Origin: Prasinococcaceae sp. CCMP 1430
Taxonomy: Eukaryota > Plantae > Prasinodermophyta
DNA: 64,000 nucleotides
Assembly: GCA_013416795.1 (NCBI GenBank)
Contig: RQSC01000028.1
Span: 153,275-217,274, forward strand
Reading direction: 5' to 3'
The translations under genes were made by a program, and so were the position numbers. A model generated the notes under the pieces. That model did no database searches, was not told the DNA's origin, and saw only the letters and a list, made by a program, of their open reading frames with translations. Numbering within the stretch: the first letter of the stretch is position 1; every line of letters begins with the position of its first letter. Of the stretch, positions 1 through 11,458 are shown one piece after another.

Positions 1-68
1 TTCGCGGCCTACGCGCCTTGCCGACGGGCGCTGGGCCGCACAAAAAAGATTGGGAAGCTGGCGCAACG

Positions 69-728
69 TCACCGTGTGCCGTCGTCGATGCGCTCGTCCA
101 GGAAGCCGTCGTCCTCCGGCGCGTCCGGAGCATCGCCTCCCACGCCCGTTGCGACGGGTTTGGTGCCATCGGCGCCCTCTCCGAGCGCAGCTCGCGCGGC
201 CGCTACCGCCTCGTCGTACCTGCTCATGCCCTGCAAGCCCTCGGCACGCTGCCGCCGCGCCCAGTCCCAGCTGTCGGAATGCGCACCAGCCGCGCCAGCT
301 TCGCCTGCCTGCTCGAGGAGGCCCTCCTTCAGGCGCTGCGTGGCCGCCGCGATCATCTCGGGGGTGATTTCGTCCGGATCCTCCCTGCCCTCCGCGGCAG
401 CCGCGGCCTCGCCCGCTGGCGTGTTTGTGACCAGGCGGCCCGCCGCAAAGCCCGTGCCTTCGCGCAGCGGTGTGGTGCCAAAGCGCGGCGCCGAGCGGAT
501 GATCTCGCGCAGCTCGAACGCCTTGTGCTTCGACCGCTTGCGGCCCTCCTCAATGCGCACTACGTCACCAACCTTCGCCGCCTCCGCTTCGTCGTGCGCC
601 ATGTACTTGCGCGTATCGCGAATCTTCACGCCGTACTTCGGATGCGTGCGCTCGAGACGCACCGCGACATTGATGGTCTTGTTCATCTTATCCGACACCA
701 CCACGCCGACCATCTGCTTGCGCACCAT
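69..728 (-). CDS. rps17: Organellar (probably mitochondrial) ribosomal protein uS17 with C-terminal extension
   Basis: MVRKQMVGVVVSDKMNKTINVAV...HPKYG...TRKYMAHDE...VGDVVRIEEGRKRSKHKAF matches the bacterial-type S17 signature. ATG at 728, intronless, 219 aa. Confidence 0.9.
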   Translation of the reverse strand: MVRKQMVGVVVSDKMNKTINVAVRLERTHPKYGVKIRDTRKYMAHDEAEAAKVGDVVRIEEGRKRSKHKAFELREIIRSAPRFGTTPLREGTGFAAGRLVTNTPAGEAAAAAEGREDPDEITPEMIAAATQRLKEGLLEQAGEAGAAGAHSDSWDWARRQRAEGLQGMSRYDEAVAAARAALGEGADGTKPVATGVGGDAPDAPEDDGFLDERIDDGTR

Positions 729-1257
729 TTTGGCGGGCAAGGAAAGGCGTACAGCCAGCCCGCGGAGGACCGCGACCCTGGGCCTGCAGCGAGCGGGCCC
801 CCAGCGCCGCTCGCGCTCGCGTCCGGGGCGCCCGGCGGCGCGCTTAGGGCTCCACGCTCGCGCGCGGAGCTCCTCCCCCGCCTCCTCCCGCGCAGCCCTG
901 CGGCGCCCGCGGCGCCCGCCTGTACGACCCCCCCGGCGCCCGCGCACGCACGCGCGCTGTGACACCCCCCCCGCACGCACACCTGCTCCGCTGCCGCCAT
1001 CCAACGCATCGCCGCAATCCGATCTGACCTGCGACGTTAGTGAACTACATGTAAGAGGGTTTGCGGTAATTTTAATGTGATTTGACATTCACTGCGGGGA
1101 ATGAACCCGATTGATGTTTGGGTTTGATACGCACCGCTCGCTCGGTCGCGCCAGCCGCCGCCGGCGCCGCCGCTGCGCTCCAGCTCGCCCAGCTGGGGCG
1201 CCGCGGGGGGAGGTGGGGGTCACACGCGGCGTGGGCGCGCGGGCCGGGGCCGCCGCG

Positions 1258-4200
1258 ATGGCGTCCGATGGCGGCAGCGGCGGCGCGGCAGCAGCCGCAT
1301 GGGTGCCGTCGGATGCGGGGCTGAGCGCGGTGTGCCGAATGCTGCACGAGTATAACACGCCCGGCGCCAACCAGGCGCAGGTGTACGAGCAGCTCGAGGC
1401 CGCGCGCCGCTACCCGGACTTCAACAACTACCTCGCGCACGTGCTCTGTTGCGCGACCAACCAGCCGACCGAGTCGCGGCAGGTACGGCAGCGCATGGGC
1501 CCCTTCCCGCGCCACCGCACCAGCCACGGGTGCGCGATACACCTCGCGTCATCCCTGTTAAGCGCTGACGTCCCTGCTATGCGCCCGCTCGCCTTGCTCG
1601 CGCGAACGGATGCGTGCTCGCTCGCACGCGCGCGTGTACAGGCGGCAGGACTGCTGCTTAAGAACAACTGCCGCGGATCGTGGCGCGCGCTCGAGCCGCA
1701 GGTGTGCGCGTACGTGCAGGCGTGCATCATTGCGCTGCTCGCAGGTGCCGAGGCGCCCGCCGCGCTGCGCCGCACGGCGAGCAGTGTCGCTGCAGCCATA
1801 GCTATCCACTGCGCGGGGGGCTTTGGCGCCAGCAACGAGCGGATCCCCTGGCCCGAGCTGCCCGCTGCCGTTTTCGCCGCGATCGACAGCGGCGTGCCCG
1901 AGGTCGCGCTGGGCGCGCTCAACTGCGTGCAGCAGGTCTGCGAGGACAGCCCCGCGCTCTGGACGATGCCCAGCGCGCAAGGCACAGCCCCCCTTGCGGA
2001 GCTCTTGCCGCGGCTGCTGCGCGTGATCGAGGGCGGTGCAGGCGCGCTGTCAACGGAGGTCCTCGCGCAGCGCTACGCGTTGGGCGCGCTCAATGAGATG
2101 ATTGCCCACGGCTCGGGCCATGCTCAGTCGCCGGCTGCCGACGTGATGGCCGCGCACCACGAGGCTTATCTGCGCGGCGTGGTGGGGCTGCGGCAGTCGC
2201 CGGACTCGGAGGTGCGCGGGCTCGTGAGCGCGGGGCTCACCCAACTTGTGACGCTCGCACCGCACGTGCTCGAGCCACACATGTCAGACGTCATTGAGAT
2301 CATGCTTTTGGCGAGCCAAGACGGGGATGAGAGCGTCGCGCTCGAGAGCTCCGAGTTCTGGGCCGCGTTCTGCGAGGCGGAGGTGGAATCGGCGGTGCTG
2401 TGGCGGGTCGCTCCGCGGCTTGTGCCCGTGCTGCTTAAGAACATGGCATACGCTGACGACGACGATGACCTCATTGCTGCTGAGGCTGAGGAGGCTGGCA
2501 CGGGGCGCACGGGCAACGAGGCCTCGGAGCTGAAGCCCTTCCACGCTGGCGGGCGCGCTAAGGGCTTTGGCGAGGCGGGCGCGCAGGGCGCGGGCGGCAT
2601 GCCCGACATGCCCGGCTGGGGTGACGGCACCGATGGCGGCGAGCACGAGGAGTTCGAGGGTAGCGATGACGACTTCGATGGCATCGGCGAATGGAACCTG
2701 CGCAAGAGCTCGGCGAGCTCGCTCGACGTGCTCAGCACGACCTTCCGCGGCCAGCTTCTACCGCTGCTCATGCCCGCGCTAGAGGCGCGCATGGCGGACC
2801 CCGACTGGCGGGCCCAGGAGGCGTGCATCCTCACGCTAGGGGCGATCGCGGAGGGCTGTGGCGATGCTATTGAGCAGTACCTGCCGACCATCATACCGTA
2901 CGTGCTGAGCAAGCTGGAGCACCAAAAAATCTTGGTGCGGTCAATTTCGGCGTGGACATTGAGCCGGTACGCCAAGTGGCTGGCCACGGAGGCGCCGGGC
3001 GTGAGCGCTGAGGTCAAGGCAGCGCAGCAGCAGAAGGCGCTGGCAGCGCGCAAGACCAAGCCCACTCCCGTGCCCGACGGCCTGCTCGACGCTTCAATGC
3101 AGGCGCTGCTGTCGCATTTGGGTGACACTGGGCGGCGCGTTCAGGAGGCGGCGTGCTCAGCTCTCGCGCTGATGTGCGAGGCGTTTGATGACGCGTTGCT
3201 CGCGCGTTACTCGCCGGCGATGGCAGTGGGAATCGCGCACGCGGCGCCGAGGTACAGCCGGCGATCTATGCGCACCCTCTACGACCTTGTGGGCACCATG
3301 GGTGAGGCATGCGGGCTGGGGATGACCGAGGAAGTGGCAAGGCAGCTGCTGGAGCCATTCGCCAAGCGGCTGGACGACACGCCGGACACAGACGACGAGC
3401 TGCTGCCGCTGCTCGAATGCTTGGCGGGTCTCGCGAGTGCGCTGCGTGACCGTTTCCGGCCTGCCGCGCAAGCGACATTCGCGCGCGCTGCAGCCATCGC
3501 AAGAAATCATGCCAGACTGCGTGAAGTAGGGGGGGATGCGGCGTACCAAACACAAGACTTTGCTGTGGCGGCGCTGGACCTGATGTCGGGAGTCGTGGAA
3601 GGCTTGGGCCCGAGCGCGGAGCCGTTGGTCGCTGCGTCGTGCCCTGCTGAGCTCTTACTTGCATCTTGCGCCGATCCGTCGGGTGACGTGCGACAGAGCG
3701 CCTTCGCGCTGCTCGGTGATGTGGCCAAGGCTTGCGCACCACACGTCGCCACGCGCGCGCCAGAGCTGTTGTCGCTCTGTGTGGCGACGATGCGGCCCGA
3801 GCTGCTGGCTGGCGGCCTGGGCGCTGTGTCAGTGTGCAACAACGCATGCTGGGCGGCAGGAGAGATGTGTGTTCGCGCGCAACAGCTGGGAAGCGATGCC
3901 CTATTATCGGCCGCGCCCCAGGTGGCCGCTGCCGCTGCCACGCTGCTGTTGGCTGTGAACCACCACAAGGACACCTATCGCCACCTCGGTGAGAACTGTG
4001 GCATCACGCTCGGGCGCTGTGCGCTGGTGGCAGCCGAGCATATCGCGCCACATGCCGGCGGCTTCTGCGTGCAGTGGTGCCGCGTGCTGGGCACGCTGCG
4101 TGACGACGTCGAGAAGCGACAGGGATTCGCGGGGCTGTGCGCCGCCATGCAGCACTCGCCCCAGGCCTTCGTGAGCTGCGTGGAAGCGTTCTGCGTGGCG

Positions 4201-4495
4201 TGCGCCAGCTGGACTTCGGAGGGCAAGCTTGAGAGGTGCGTGGTGCCATTCGTAGCGCTGAGCCATCCGTTCTGTGTGCGCGCGCACCCTCGGACTGGCG
4301 CGCGAAAGAACGCTGACCAGAGCGCGCGCGCGACGCTTTGCCGGCGCTCGCGAGCGCAGGCCGCTATGGGAGGCCGTGCGTGCAACGCTGGCTGGCTTCA
4401 GACAGCTCATGGGCGCGGAGTCGTGGGCGACTCTTATGGCAACAGTGGGGCAGCCGTGCGCCCAGAAGCTCGCGGCGCTGTATCAGCTCGAGTAA
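1258..4495 (+). CDS. TNPO1: Transportin-1 / importin-beta2 (HEAT-repeat karyopherin)
   Basis: Motifs YPDFNNYL, QAAGLLLKN, an acidic H8 loop then WNLRKSSASSLDVL, and LVRSISAWTLSRY. Exons 1258-1482, 1642-4235, 4360-4495 (GT-AG) join in frame to 984 aa. Confidence 0.93.
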
Positions 4496-4594
4496 CACGC
4501 GCGCGTCCGCTCACCCGCGCCTCGCGGGGGCGCGGGCACCGCTGCTGCCGCCGGAAGTAAAAGGAGGTTCGCTTGGCTTGATCGATCACCACTT

Positions 4595-6282
4595 CTACCG
4601 GTTTTTGAAGTGCACGAGGTACTCCACGTAGCTTTGGGCCTCCAGGAAGGTCGCGTAGATCTCGTTCGTCGTGCCGCGGCCTTGCATGACGGAAAAGTAT
4701 CTGTCCGGCGGCTTGCGCATCTTTGGTGCGTGCACGCGCAGCACATCGGGTCGGGAGGGCGGAGGGGCAAGAGCACGGGTTCGTTGGTCAGCACTTCAGT
4801 GCGAGCACGCTCTCTATCGCGCCGGTGACGAGAGCGCTCGCATACGCACGTTCGGCCTGCCCATGTTCTCGCCAACACGCCCGAGCTGCACTTTGCAGAG
4901 AGCCATCACCAGCTCGCCTGGCCGTACGTTCACCTCGGGCACGCCGCCCGTCGAGCCCGGCGCGTCGGGTGGCGGCGGCACTTTCGGCCCTCTCCCTCGA
5001 CCTCCGCCCCCGTAGCGCCGGCGTCCGTACGCGGCCACGGCTCCACCCTGCTCGGCGTTATGCGCTGCCATGCTTGAATACGCCACGCTGTAGTGCGAGT
5101 AGCGCGCGAAATATGTGCCCGCGCCCATGGCGCCGCTCAGGTTGGACACTCGGTCGTCGAAGCCGCCGGCGATGATACGCCGTAACGTGTTTGGATCCGC
5201 GCCGTGCCAGAGTTTCTGCTCGTTGGCCCCATCAGTGCAGTCTTCCTCGATCTCCTTCCTACGCGCCGTGTATTTGCGGTGCAGGCGCTCGTTCTGGACG
5301 CGTTGGATGCGCGTGACGGTGCAGCGCTGGGCGCTCGCGGAGCCGAACCGGCCGTGCGTGTGCGGCATCTCGTAGAATCGCCGCAGCACCTCTTGGGCCT
5401 CCTCCCGCTCCTCGGGCGTGGCGTTTGAGACAATCGCAACGTCCTCGTCCTCGGCGTCCATCTGTCCACCGCATTCCTCCCACGTCTCTTGCACGAGCGC
5501 TGTGACAGCCTTTTCGTAGTCGTAGCCACCGACTGACGCAAGTACCCGCTGTGTCATTTCGCGGCAGTATGGTGGAAGCCAAGCCGTGTGGTCAGGCGGC
5601 GCAAGCTCGTGATCAGTACTACGCGCCAGCATCGCGATCTTCGGTGCAGCTGACGAGGTAGTAGGGATGCGCAGGTGGTGGGGTGCGAGGGTAGCGCAGC
5701 GCTACGTACCTCCGCGACAGCTCGGCTCGCGCCGTGCTCGTGGATGAGCATCTCAAGCGCCATCGCGTCCAGGGGCGTCTTCGCTGCGCCGAGACCGGAG
5801 CTGGAACTCCCACTGCCGCCGGGAGCGGGCTCTCCATGGCGCGCAGCGTTCACTGAGGGTATCGTCACTGGGAGATCCTGAAGGCTCACGGTCGTGCCAT
5901 CGTGCATCTTGCTCCAATGCGCAGGCAGCGCGTCCTTGTCGCTCAGTTCACGCTTGAGCCGCTTGACTTCTCGCTCCAGCCGGCGAGTCTTCGCCCGCTC
6001 CTCGAAGTTTTCGGGGGGTGAGTGAAGTTCGACGAGGTCTTCTGGAGGATGCCTGGCCGGTAGCGCTCGCGTGGCGGGTGTCGCGCCTACAAAGACACAG
6101 TCCTGCGAGTCTGGCGGCACCGCGGGTCCCGTACTCCTGCCGCCTGCCCGTGCCGCCTCCGGCCCTGGCGCGCTCGCGCCAACAATCACGCACTCGTCCG
6201 CGTCGTCATCACTACCTACCGCGGGAGACTTCTCATCGCTGCTGTCAAGCAAGGCGACTACCTCCGGCGGGTTCGCCATCAT
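4595..6282 (-). CDS. PARP-family catalytic-domain protein (predicted mono-ADP-ribosyltransferase)
   Basis: Motifs RIQRVQNERL, LWHGA, GAGTYFARYSHYS, MALCKVQLG and NEIYATFLEAQSYVEYLVHF. Exons 6282-5710, 5638-4850, 4720-4595 join in frame to 495 aa. Confidence 0.88.
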
Positions 6283-6767
6283 CGCGGCTGCGCTCGGCCG
6301 CGCGCGCGGCCGCGCGGCCGCCGCCTCTCCGCGCCTGCGCCTACACTTCCGCGCCTGCGGCACGGCCCCTCTGCGCGTTGTCGAACGCGCGGCCGTGCAG
6401 GCAGGCGGGCCCGGCTCGCCGGCCCCGCCCGCGGCCCACCCCAGCAGAGAGAGAGAGAGAGAAAGAGGTGGAGGGGCGAGACAAAGATGCAGCAGCGGAG
6501 CCCCGCACGAGCGGCCGCGCAAGCGGGCGGGCGGTTCCAGCGCGTGCGCACGCGCACGCGCTGTGGCGCCTCGCACGCCCCCTCAGCGGCGGGTGTTGAA
6601 CTCACCAACAACCCGAACTCAATGGTCGCAGCCAGCCATGCGGGGAAGCTTCTGGAGGGCCTCGCGGAGGGAGGCGGCGCTGGGCGCGCCACACTGCGCG
6701 CCGCCGCCAGCGGCGGGCCCGGGGGGAGGCGAGGGCGCCGCCTCCTCGGGACGACGCCCGCTCCCAT

Positions 6768-7724
6768 TTGCCGCCCGTGTGGGGGAGAGGGGGCTCGCGC
6801 CGCCCTTTGCGCGCGCGCGCGCGCCGAGCGGCGCGGAGGAGCGTGCGTTGGGCACTTTCGGTGCGCGGCGACGATGGACGCTGTCGCGTGAGGCGCGCAG
6901 CTGGGGCGCGCGGGGCCGCGCTCTCGCGTGCCCGGCCGCAGCTGCGGCGCGCGAAGCCTCGCGCTGCCGCACACGCAGCAGGCGGCAGCGGTGGCGTGGC
7001 GCCTGCTGACGAGCTACTCGCCACGGCCCCTGCGGCGAGAGTTGATGCTGCATACCGGGAGCTCTTTGCGGCCACGCCATCGTTCGATGAGCTCGACGCC
7101 ATGCAGCGCGAGATGGACGCGCTGCTCTTCGGTGAGCGCGCGCGCCTGCTGCCGCCAGCTACTCCGGCCGCACCGTCGATCCGCGTCGGCGAGCGGCCCG
7201 GCCGAGCACTCCTCCCTGCCCCGAGCTATGGCTGGGAGCGTGAGGAGCGCGGTGAGCGAGAGCTGTACGACGCACCAGGCGGCCGCGCGACAGGATACTT
7301 GAAAACGTACACCTACGAGAGCGTGCGCGTGTACGGCGGCAGCCAGCATACAAACGGGATCGCGACAATGAGCGCACCAGGCGCGGCTGCAGCAGTGCTT
7401 GCGGCCGCAGTAGCAGCGGCGTACGCCGCCACGTGCGCGCGCCTCGTCGCCAATCTCGACCGTACGACGCTCGGAAGCTGGGGGGGCGGCGCGGGTGGCT
7501 TGCTCGCCCGTGCGGCCGCCGTGTTGCTGTGGCCTGTGCTCGTGTTCGCGTCGCCACGCTTTCGTCTTCAGTTCGCGCGAGCTATGGCAAAGGGCAAGTC
7601 GGCTAGTGCTTCCGCGAGCGCAGCGGGTGCGGTCGGCGACGACCTCTCCGGTGGCACCACTGGCGCCGCACGTGGGGGCGGTGACAAGTGCGGACCAGAC
7701 GAGCCGCCGCGGGGCACGCAATGA
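6768..7724 (+). CDS. Hypothetical membrane protein (start uncertain; Arg/Ala-rich N-terminus could be a transit peptide)
   Basis: Coding-like central region (YLKTYTYESVRVYGG) and two hydrophobic segments (AAAAVLAAAVAAAYAATC; LLARAAAVLLWPVLVFASPRFR). No family recognised. Confidence 0.55.
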   Translation: MPPVWGRGGSRRPLRARARRAARRSVRWALSVRGDDGRCRVRRAAGARGAALSRARPQLRRAKPRAAAHAAGGSGGVAPADELLATAPAARVDAAYRELFAATPSFDELDAMQREMDALLFGERARLLPPATPAAPSIRVGERPGRALLPAPSYGWEREERGERELYDAPGGRATGYLKTYTYESVRVYGGSQHTNGIATMSAPGAAAAVLAAAVAAAYAATCARLVANLDRTTLGSWGGGAGGLLARAAAVLLWPVLVFASPRFRLQFARAMAKGKSASASASAAGAVGDDLSGGTTGAARGGGDKCGPDEPPRGTQ

Positions 7725-8052
7725 GGGCGCGCATGAGCGCATGAAACCAAGCGGCTGAGGCTAGAGTGGCTGAAGGCGGCGGCGTGAGCACGACCGGCGC
7801 ATGTAAGAAAGGTGGTGTACTGTGTGCTCGCGCGCACATGAGCAGCAGGCACGCTCACGCAGCCGCCTAGGAACCAGAGCGCGCGCGCATGGCGCCCCTT
7901 CGTGCCCCCAGGCGGGGGCGCGTGCGACTCCCCGGGCGATGCCGAGGGAGGGGGTCAGTGCGGCGCCGCGGGGCGCGCCGGTGGCGCCGCGGGTGCCATC
8001 TCTGTTGGCGCTGCCAGCGGCGCCGCCACCACTGCCATGCCAGGCGCTACGC

Positions 8053-9465
8053 ATGACGTCGCGCGCGCTCGACGCGGCGCGAGCGCACGCGGCGCTGTGG
8101 GAGGCGCTTGGCGCAGACGGCAGCATCGGAGCCGAGGCGCTTGATCTGTCCAGGAACGAGCTCGAGGCGCTGCCCGACGCACTCCTCGCGCCCCCCCCTT
8201 CGAGAAATCCTTTCGCCGGGCTGGTGTGCCTCGACGTCTCGCGCAACCGCCTCACCGAGCTTCCCGCTGCCCTCGCCACTGCCGCGCCTGCGCTCATCGA
8301 CGTGCGCGCAGCGGCGAATCACCTACGGCCGGCAGCGCGCGCCCTGAGCCCTGCGCTGCGCGCGGCGCTGCTACCCAGGCTGCGGCTGTTCGATCTCAGG
8401 TTCAACCCAAAGCTGCACAGAGGCGCACCGCAGGATGACGGCGGCGGGGCGTCCGTGCCTGCGCGTGCAGGCGGCTGGCTCGAGGCGGAGCTGCGTGAGT
8501 GGATGACACGGCCTGGAGCGCTGCTGCTTCTCACGCCGCCGGAGCGGCGGCGTGGGGGAACACGCACAGGAGGCGTCGACGGCATCATCAGCGGCGCTTG
8601 TGACCTGCGCGCTCAGCTCTCGCCTCTCTCCACTCCCACCTTGCGCCGGCGCCTGGAGGCCGAGTTCGGTGTGCACACCGATCCGGAGTGCACGGGGCGC
8701 GATGGTGTACTCGAAGCGCTGCTCGACGCGTACGAGCGCGTCGGGGGACGCACGCAGTTGCGCATGGAAGACGCTGGCGTGCCGCTGCCGCCGGCAGTCG
8801 CGCGCGAGCTGCTCCAGGCGCTGCGCGAGACCGCATGGGGATCGCTGCGAAACGAGCGGGAGAAGGTGTCGTCAACCGGGGGCTATGTGTTGCTGCGGCG
8901 CGGTGATGGCTCTGCTTCCGCCAGCAATGCGCAACGCCGAGCCCTGGCAAAGCGGCGTCGTCACGCGCGCGTGTGGGACGCCGCGCATGCCGCGCTTCGC
9001 TGCGCAGATGCGTCCTTTGCTGAGCAATACGACACCATCGCGCTCACGTACGGCTTCACAGGAAGCCCACACATCGACAGGTGCGTCATGTGACGGAGCG
9101 AGCGCGCTTATGCCGCGAGAGAGCGCGTTCCAAGCGCGTGCGCGGGGTGGGGTTGTTGACACTCGCGGTGCGCGCTCACAAGCTACGATGTCGACGTCCA
9201 GTACACCGCATCCTTCGGCGAGTTCACAAATGGGGGAGAGCTGTGCGTCGAGCGCGACGCGCGAACGGTGGCTGTGGTGAACACACGCGGGCGAGTCGTT
9301 TGCGCCGACGGCCGCTGTGTCCACTGGGTGCGGCCCTATCTGGGCGAGCGCTGGTCGGTCGTCTGGTTTCGCACGCGCGGGAAGGTTGCGCCGCGTGGTC
9401 AGGCTGTGCCTGGCGTGCGCGAAGGGGCCGTCGCGGACGGCCCTGCCGACCGCGCATGTCTGTAA
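8053..9465 (+). CDS. Leucine-rich-repeat + 2OG-Fe(II) dioxygenase-like fusion protein
   Basis: LRRs LDLSRNELEALP, LDVSRNRLTELP, LFDLRFNPKL. Removing intron 9081-9182 gives SPHIDSYD (HxD)...GGELCV...VHWVRPY..ERWSVVWF (distal His, Arg). 436 aa from ATG 8053. Confidence 0.8.
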
Positions 9466-9702
9466 TAATATGGAAGAGGCAAGGGCGGAACGCGGGGAGC
9501 TCAGTATAATGGCTGACACCGCAGCAGGTGCAATTACAAGCCCGAGAGCTCGGGAGAGGGCAGGTGTGTGTTTCGCGTGGCGGGCTTTCTATGTCGAGTG
9601 CGCGCGCTCTCTCCTTCTGGAACAGGAGCGCCCGCGCGCTGCGGTTTTTTTTTTGTCCCGCGTGCTCCATCGCGTACACTCGCCAGTGCAACCGTGCGCC
9701 GC

Positions 9703-10589
9703 TTACTCCGCGTCCTGCACCTGCACGTCGCCGCCCTCTTCACCCTCGCCGCCCTCGAGGTCGCTGGTCCACAGCGTCAGGTTGTCCCGCAGCAGCTGCA
9801 TGATGAGGGTGCTGTCCTTGTAGGAGTCCTCCGAGAGCGTGTCGAGCTCCTGAATCGCGTCATCGAACGCTTTTTTCGCCAGCTGGCAAGCGCGCTCGGG
9901 CGCGCTCAGGATCTCGTAGTAGAACACCGAAAAGTTGAGCGCGAGGCCCAGGCGAATGGGGTGCGTGGGGTCGAGCTCCTCGTCCGCGATCTCAGTCGCG
10001 GCCTGCACCAAAGCACACGGACGCGGGGCGGCGCCGAAAATGGAGCGAGTCAGCCGAGGAGCAGGCATCCGGGCGCGAGGCGATCGCGTGCCCTGCGTCG
10101 GCGCGGCGCGCCAGCGCGGGCATGGAGCAGGCTTGGTGCGCAGGAGAGGACAGACCGCACCTTGTAAGCGAGCAGCGCGTTGTCAGCAGCGTCCTGCTTG
10201 GCTTCGGTGGACTGGAACTCCGCAAGGTAGCGGTAGTAGTCGCCCTTCATCTTGTGGTAGAACACCTTGGACTCGCCGCTGTTGGATGCGGGCAGCAGGT
10301 TGTCATCGAGCAGCGCAAGGATCTCAGCGCAGGTCTCCTCGAGCTCCTTCTCAACAGTGGCACGGTACTCAGCAATCACTTTCTTGTGCTCCTCAACGCC
10401 CTTCGTGGCCTCCTTCGACTCGATGGAGGAAAGAATGCGCCACGACGCGCGGCGCGCGCCGATCATGTTCTTGTAGCCCACCGAGAGTAGGTTGCGCTCC
10501 TCCACGCTCAGCTCCAAGTTGAGCTTGGCCAGCTCGCGCATGTTCGACACCATCTCATCGTAGCGCTCGGCCTGCTCAGCGAGCTTGGC
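9703..10589 (-). CDS. 14-3-3 protein (first exon(s) upstream, towards ~11089, not resolved)
   Basis: Motifs [58 protein letters not shown] and [21 protein letters not shown]. Exons 10589-10161 and 10002-9703. Confidence 0.97.
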
Positions 10590-11282
10590 CTGGAGGAACA
10601 AGCGGCGTGAGCGGCCGTGGCGGCAGCCAATCCAGCACGGGCACCGGCGCAGCGCCGCGCGGCACAGAAGCAGCGATGAGCGGTGATGCGCGGCGCGGCG
10701 CGGATCACCGCGGGCGGCGGACCGTTCCAATCGGTCCCACGTGATGTCAGCGGGTGTACTATCGCGCGGTCGCGCGCCAGCTTGCTTGGCGGCCACAGGG
10801 TCGCTCTCGTCTCGCGCCAGGCACCGCCGTGGTCGAGGGTCCAGGCAGCGACAGGCGAACAGACGCCTGGCGCCCGCACCAAAAAAAAAGGGTGGGGGCG
10901 ATAACAGCGCGGCGCCGCGCGGAAAAGAGCGCCGCTCGCCGCTTCGCGCGCCCGCGGCACCGCCTCAGGTGCTCGCGCCGACTGCTGCGTCCCTCCCGTC
11001 CCTCGCACGCCGAAGCCTCGCGCGGACCCTTCCCCGCGCCCCGCAGCGCCGCGCCGCGCCTCCCCTCCCTTACTCACCGACCGACCCATGCTCCACCTCG
11101 CCGAACAGAGCCCAGGGACGTCGCTTTTGGCAGACGTAGCGCGTGAGACGCGTCACCCAGAGTTGTACAGATGATATGCTCTAAAACTTTGTCTCAAGGA
11201 CAGACTACATGGGAGGTCTACTAGCTAGAGGCGCCAACGGGGCGCGCGTGCGCACGCGCGGATGACATCTTTGATGTTTCCT

Positions 11283-11400
11283 CCTGCGGCTTCGAGACGC
11301 TCCGAACCCAAACCCGATATGCAATGAATCCACCATCAAATATCATCCTGCGCTTCGAACCCAAACGCGACGTGCCATGAATGCACCATCAAATATCATT
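11283..11400. repeat. Imperfect tandem duplication (~55-65 bp units) next to the single N at 11401
   Basis: cctgcggcttcgagacgctccgaacccaaacccgatatgcaatgaatccaccatcaaatatcat is followed by cctgcgcttcgaacccaaacgcgacgtgccatgaatgcaccatcaaatatcat. Confidence 0.75.
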
Positions 11401-11458
11401 NGCGGCTCGCGCGGCGCGGCGCGGCGCGGGGCGGCGGGACGCGGGCGAGACAGCCGGC

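Noticed and set aside
10590-11089. First exon of 14-3-3 (ATG GGT CGG TCG|gtgagt at 11089)
   Set aside because: The donor site is good, but it gives an unusually short N-terminus lacking the usual REENVY-like segment, and I could not find a convincing micro-exon. Left unresolved.
11160-11310. Possible box C/D snoRNA or snRNA in the AT-rich island
   Set aside because: No intact RUGAUGA/CUGA pair with a terminal stem, and no match to U1-U6 sequences I know.
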